From: Malacoraja senta
Taxonomy: Eukaryota
DNA length: 54,656 nucleotides
NCBI GenBank assembly: GCA_038087875.1
Contig: JAXLNO010000357.1
Span: forward strand, 186,001-240,656
Reading direction: 5' to 3'
Position 1 is the stretch's first letter. Every line of letters begins with the position of its first letter. The notes below the pieces were generated by a model. It saw only the letters and a list, made by a program, of their open reading frames with translations. It was not told the DNA's origin and did not search any database. Position numbers and translations under genes: made by a program. Of this stretch, positions 48,338 through 54,656 are shown in pieces.

Positions 48338-50933
48338 TTACTTCGGAGTCACGTGAAGACCCCGCCAGCACGCATGCGCAACATAGCGTCTCACGCAGTG
48401 CAACAGCGACGGGCGGGGGAAGAGCTATCCCGCGGCAAAGTTTAAAACGGGACCTGCAGGTAAGTTAATCTTATTCTGAGGTCGTTTATTTTGAACCCTT
48501 GCTGTGTTCTGTATTTCAGCAAACATGGACAAGAGAAAGAAAATAAAGAAGGTCGCGTCCCGTACGACTGTGGTGGACCAGGAAGGTTCCGGCAGTGGGG
48601 GGCGACCGATGACACCGGGACCGCATTCCCTGCGGTCCACAGTCACCGACTCTAACACTGCTCAGCGGAGCCCAACGCCGCAAGCTGCTCAGCTCGAACC
48701 AATGCAGCGGGTTGGAGGCAAGGCGAAGCAGAAGTCGGTCCGGCCGATGGACTCGGACGAGTCCGGTCAGGAGGACAGGAGGACGCGCTGCCCGAGAGCA
48801 TCAAAGGTGACTGTCTATCCCGCATGGAGCGGTTGATGGAGCAGATGCTCCAGCGAGACTTGCTCCGGGAGATGGAGCAAGCTCGCCATGGGAGTGCTCG
48901 CACACCCACAACAGCACCGTATTCGGCGCTGTCCATCGCATCTCCCTTGACAGAGGGGAGCGTTGGGGGCCAGGGCTGGGCTGACCTGGAAGAGGGGTTC
49001 GTGGCTGAAGATACCAGCAGTGTGCTGGGGGTGCAGGACCAGGAAGAGCTGCTGGGAGTGGTCAACAAGTTTGCGGTACCACCGCAAGCGGGACAACCAT
49101 TACAGGCCAAACTGGCGGCCAGTATACACTACCTGTCCTTCCACCCTCTGCAGGAACAGGTAGTCAATGAAACAATGGACAAATATATACCTCCGGAGAA
49201 CTGCACCTCGCTAAATGTACCCGCCGTCAACAGCCAAATCTGGGGGTACATTGGGCTGGGTATAAGGGCACAGGAGGTGAAGCTTCAGAAAATATTAAAA
49301 CTTCTGACTTCAGCCATAACGTCCTACGCTCGTTCCGTTGATGGGGTCGAAATGACAGATAACCAGCAGGACACACTGGCCCTACTGTGTAATACACAGT
49401 ATGAAATAAACTGCCTGCGGAAGAACGCCATCAAACCTGCCCTCAACCCCAAATTCGCAGGGTTGTGCAAAACTGCAACTGCACAGCCACAGATACTGCT
49501 GTTTGGGAAAGACTTGTCCAAACAAGTAAAAGAACTGGACGAAGAGTCTAAAGCCATTGGGCTTATGAGGGCAGCTGCAGGAACGAGTAATACCACACAC
49601 CCCAGGCGGCAGCACCCCTATGCATCCACCAGCAGGCATCAACACCAGGGTGCTGGTGAAAGCATGAGGGCCGCACATCAACCACGAAGGTCTTTTTTAG
49701 GCCAAGGCCCAGAGCGGGCCTCATGCAAGATGCGCCAATCCCACACTCCGGCGCCTCGACCAGTGAAGAAACAGAGGCCGAAGAAATGAACATACCACCG
49801 GTAACCATGGAGGTAAGTGGGTCTGGTTCCTTCCAGAACATATAAGGTGTAGGTCCTGTACTAACAGGAGGAAGGTTACACTTGTTTTGGGAAGCATGGA
49901 GGATATTACATTTGACAAATATATACTACAAAGTATTCAGGGATACAAAATTGATTTCATCCAAAAAAGTATGCCACCAGTTCAACATGTACCTGACAGG
50001 GAGTTTGTACTCTCACAAGGGGAAAAATTCAAAGGACATGCAAAACTGGTGAGGTTACATGCTAACGGAGTTATAGAGAGAATGGAGCATGACTCTCTGG
50101 AATTTGTATCGAACATTTGTACAAAAACTAAGAAAGATGGTGGATGTCGCATCATCATTGACTTAACTAGACTGAATATCTTTGTTAAGTATATACATTT
50201 CAAAATGGAAACATTTGTTACTGCCAAACAATTAGTTTCCGAAGGATACTTCATGGCATGCATCGATTTAAAAGATGCATACTATTCAGTATCCATTCTT
50301 AAGGATCATCGTAGATACCTAAAATTTAACTGGATGGGGCAACTATGGCAGTATAAAGCGTTGCCTAATGGGTTAACATCAGCCCCAAGACTATTTACCA
50401 AGATATTGAAACCAGCCTTGGCAATACTAAGGAAACAAAAACATATTGTTATGGCATATCTTGATGATATTTTGATTGTGGGGAAAACCCTGGAATTAGC
50501 TAAATCAGCGGTTTTAGCTACCAAACATCTGTTTGAAACACTGGGGTTTATCATACATCCAGATAAATCTAAGTTGACACCATCCACAACTATGGACTAT
50601 CTGGGATTCACAATTAACTCTGTCCACATGTCTGTAACATTGCCAAAGGACAAAGCAGCAGATTTGGTGGAAGCCTGCAACAAATTGATTGTTACTAATC
50701 AACCATCTATTCGACAGGTGGCAAAAGTGATTGGGAAACTAGTAGCAGCATTTCCAGCTACTCAGTTTGGACCTTTGCATTACCAAAATTTACAAAGGGC
50801 AAAGGTGCAAGCGCTAAAACAACATGAAGGTCATTTTGATCGACCTATGCAATTACCAGCTAAAGCAATTTCGGAGTTACAATGGTGGAGAGAAATCATT
50901 TGGCATAGTTCCCATCATTATCAGTAACCCATC
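48338..50933 (+). mobile_element. DIRS-type (tyrosine-recombinase) retrotransposon, 5' part: gag-like ORF 48824-49789 and RT/RNase H ORF 49887-50927
   Basis: IQGYKIDF, IIDLTRLN, HFKMET, IDLKDAY, LPNGLTSAPRLFTK, YLDD, ELQWW are typical of DIRS RT. Confidence 0.88.
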
Positions 50934-51137
50934 TGTAAAGAGTTGATAACGAGGCATCGTTACTTTACTATCTTTATTCATACTGGATCATTATACATTG
51001 CACTAGCTGTACGTGGTCTGTCACAGGAACTAGAGAGCGATCTGTGGGTGGGGAGGTTGTAGTTATACTTGTGATATGGGGAGTGGTTAGTAGGTATGAG
51101 GTCACTATGTTAAAGGCACATGCATATCTCATCTACA
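50934..51137 (-). repeat. 3' LTR (204 bp) of a Gypsy element
   Basis: TGTA...TACA termini; AATAAA on the minus strand near 50973-50978; PPT GGAGAGGAAGGA at 51138-51149. Confidence 0.88.
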
Positions 51138-54100
51138 TCCTTCCTCTCCGAAACGACAGGCAAATACAATGGTGACATGGCGACCACGGCTCATGCGCTA
51201 GGATAGCTAGGCAACATCGCCATAGCGGTCAGGCGGTTTGACAAGACGTCCCGCCCGGGTTCGCGTCTCGCCATCCACCCTTCCTGCAGGAGGAAGAGGC
51301 ACCAGCGGGGACGGACGAACCTGAAAGGGAGAAACGGGAGGAAACGGAAGAGACCGCGGCACCGAACCCGGAGGGGATGCGGGGCCGGGACCGGGAAGAG
51401 CGCGGGCGGGCGAGCGAGGACTAGTCGGAGTGTGATGGAGCGGAAGGGGCGAAGGAGGAGCAGAGCGAGGCATGTCAGGAATCACGGGCAGGGCAACGGC
51501 CGGACGCAAAACAGGCAGCGGGGGAGCAAAGGGATCGGCGGCAGGAGGATGCGGCTCGTTGACGAGCCGAAGGTGCTGGCGGGACCGTCGGTAAATGGTC
51601 CCAGCGTAGTCGACGAAGTAGGACCTGGGCGACCCCGCAGGGCCGACGACAGTAGCGAGCTTGGAGTGACCGGGAGTGGTTTGCATACGGACGACTTGAC
51701 CGGGGAAGAGGGGCGGCAGCGGGTGGCAGGACCTGTCATGGGAACGCTTTTGGACGTCGTGCCTGAAGGCAATTCGTTTCTGAACCGCCGCAGGTGGGAG
51801 GACCGAGGGTATGAGGGAGCGCTGGGCCACCGGGAGTGGGAGCCTGGTAGCGCGAGACAGGAGCCGCTGAGCAGGTGAACCCATGGCAGAGTCGCGGGAA
51901 ATGTTCCGAAGGCTGAGGAGGGCCAGGTGGAAGTCGGAGTTAATGCCACCACACTGTTCCAACAAGTGCTTAGCACTGCGGACCGCGCGCTCGGCCAAAC
52001 CGTTGCTTTGCGGGTACTCCGGGCTGCTGGTGAAATGGCGAAAGTTCCATCTGGAAGCGAACGCTTTAAACTCGGAGCTCGTGAACTGGCTACCATTGTC
52101 CGACTGCAAGCTAGCCGGGGGGCCAAAAGTGCTAAAGTGAGGGTACAACCTGTCGATGACGGCCGAAGAGGTCACGGAAGGCAGCCGGTCAACCACAAAC
52201 CAGCTGGAGTAGGAGTCAACGAGTACCAGGAAATGTTTGCCCCGCCACTCGAAAATGTCTGTGGCGAGCGCCATCCAGGGCAGTCCGGGCGCGGGCTGCT
52301 GTAGAAGCGGCTGACGCTGCTGATGGGGGGCGCGGCTGTTGCAGGTAGAACACGATGAGACCCTCTCCCGGATGTACTTGGCCATATCCGGCCAATAGAA
52401 CTGGCTCTTGGCGAGAGACACAGTGGCTTCGGCCCCAGTGTGACCGCGGTGTGCGACTTGAAAATATCGGTCGTGCAGCGCCGCGGGCACGACCACTTTG
52501 TGACCCTTCACCACCACGCCGTCGTGCAATACGAGCTCGTCCCGAATCAGGAAGTAGGGCACGGCTCCAGCCGGCAGTGCCGAGCGACGGTCAGGCCAGC
52601 CCTGCCGGATGATGGCAGACAGCTGTTGCAGGGCAGGGTCGTTGGTAGTGTGTTCAACCAGGGACTTCATCTGTGGCGAGGGGATGAAGTTCAATCGTAG
52701 TACTAGTAACTCAGACATTTCGTATTGGTGGCGAGCAGTGGACGTCAGCGGGGCGCGAGACAACGTGTCGGCTACGAACATGTCCTTCCCCTTACGATAA
52801 ACCACCGTGAACGTGAAACGCTGGAGCTGCAGCAGCATGCGCTGCAGACGTGATGAGGCCACATGGATCGGTTTGTTGAGGATGGTAACAAGTGGTTGAT
52901 GGTCAGTTTCAACGGTGAAAGTGTTGCCCACGATGTAGTCCCGGAATTTGGAGCAGGCAAACACCACGGCCAGTAGCTCCTTCTCAATCTGCGCGTAGTG
53001 CTGTTCGGTGGCGGTCATGGTGCGGGACGCGAAGGAGACAGGCAGCTGCAGGCCATCATGGACCTGGAGGCAGGCGGCACCGAGTCCGAATTGAGAGGCG
53101 TCGCAGGTGAGGACAATGGGACGCTGCAGGTCAAAGAACTTGAGCGTGGGTGTGCTGATTAGTTTAGACTTAAGAATGTCAAATGCCTTCTGATGATTGG
53201 GTAACCAAAGCCAGGAAGTGTCCTTTTTGATCAGATCCCTCAGGGGAGCGCTGAGCTCGCTGAGGTCGGGGATGAACTTCCCCAGGTAGTTTACCAAGCC
53301 GAGGAAGCGTTGCAGGCCTGCCACGTTAGTAGGAGGAGGCATCCTGAGATGGCAGCCGTTTTCTGCGGGTCTGGCTTTAGCCCCTCAGCGGTGAATACAT
53401 GTCCAACATAGGTGACCTCCGAGACGCGGAATCGGCACTTCTTGGGGTTCAGTTTCAAGTTGATTTGCCTGGCCCGGTCCAGGATCAAGCGGAGGTTGAC
53501 ATCGTGTTCGGCAACATCCTTACCGTAAACGAGGATGTCGTCAACAATTATGGCGCAAGGCAGATCTGAAAACAACTGTTCCATGGTTCGCTGGAATACC
53601 TCGCTGGCAGAGTTGATTCCGAAGGGCATTCGGAGGAACCGAAACCTTCCGTAGGGGGTGGCGAAGGTTGTCAAAATGGACGACCGCTCGTCCAGTGGTA
53701 TCTGCCAGAATGAGCTTTTGGCATCGAGGACCGAAAAAACCGTTGCTGGACCAACCTGTGCAGCGACGTCTTCCACCGTTCTCATAGGGTAGTGAGGGCG
53801 CCGAATGGCCAGGTTGAGGTCTCTGGGGTTGATGCAGATGCGTATCTCACTCATGTCCTTTTTAGCAGCAACAACCATGGAAGAGACCCAGCTGGTGGCT
53901 CGACGACCGCCTTTAGGACGCCCATTTGTACCATACTGTGTAGGGTCGCCTCCACTTTGTCCCTCATGGCGAAGGAGATACGGTGAGGAGCATGGACCAC
54001 GGGAACGATCTTATGGTCCACTTCAATCTTGTAGCTGCAGGGTAGTTTGCCTAGCTTATCATCAAAGCGGTCGGGATAATCGGCCAGCGGGTCCATAAGA

Positions 54101-54656
54101 GCCTGCACCTGGTGGATGTCCCGGTGGAAGGACACCAGTCCCATTTCCTGGCATGCCTGGATCCCCAGCAGGGGAACGCATCTTCGATTGAGGAGAAAGA
54201 AGGTGAGGGGCCGATTGGTCTTCAGTATCTTACAGTGTAGTGTGGCCTTGCCCACAGGAGTAAGGATCTCCCCACCGTAGGCATGCAGGTTTGAGCTCTG
54301 AGAAAATATCTGCTCATTAGTTCTTATCTGGTTGAAAAGGGATGTTGACATAACATTGGTAACCGCCCCAGTGTCGATTTTGGCCGTGAAGGTCGAGTTG
54401 TTCACAGTGACTTGCACAGAAGGATCCGTTATCATAGCAGGTGCGTCCACCACGGTAAACAAGCTGGTCTCCCCCTGAGAGGAGTTAGATGTAGGAACAG
54501 AATGTTCATCGGAATAGTGCTGGGAGCTGAGCTCATTATCCGACTGTAGAAGGTTGTTTAAATTTTGCCTTCGAGCAGCGACAGGCTTCCCACGGGAACG
54601 ACAAGCCGCAGCAAAATGGTTCAACTTATTGCAGGAATTGCAAGTTTTCCCTAGAG
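50934..54656 (-). mobile_element. Ty3/Gypsy LTR retrotransposon (gag knuckle, PR, RT, RNase H, IN), two frameshifts, runs off the window
   Basis: CNSCNKLNHFAAAC, KIDTGA, LDAKSSFWQ, MPFG, IVDD, CDAS, YAQIEKE, TDHQPL, HRGH..C..C, SDNG, SNGLAER; frameshifts near 53345 and 53880. Confidence 0.95.

Noticed and set aside
53530..53555. IVDD in place of YxDD in the Gypsy RT as a novelty
   Set aside because: The catalytic aspartates are kept, and such variants occur in aquatic-animal Gypsy lineages.

Overview
Repeat-rich vertebrate genomic DNA, most likely a cartilaginous fish (skate/ray/shark), inferred from HE1-like V-SINEs with (TAAAC)n tails and abundant CR1 LINEs. The one host gene visible is the internal part of a large + strand gene with 13-14 short exons (1545-39912). 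It encodes tandem Cys-rich CxxCPxGxYC / CPxGxYS repeats (GCC2_GCC3 / Ephrin_rec_like type). I spliced the exons by hand: all introns are GT-AG and the phases fit, except in exon I (33321-33549), which has a TGA at a Cys position plus a +1 frameshift. Neighbouring exons have lost cysteines, so the gene is either decaying or skips a dead cassette exon. The introns hold CR1, L1 (young, 5'-inverted, with TSD), Rex1/Babar, Nimb/I-like and Tc1 elements, hAT and Harbinger-like MITEs, SINEs, and about 11 copies of a Penelope-type terminal repeat carrying minimal hammerhead-ribozyme motifs. The last 12.6 kb is a transposon nest (BEL/Pao, Rex1 tail, MITE, L2-like, DIRS, Gypsy). No database searches were run; family names come from motif recognition.
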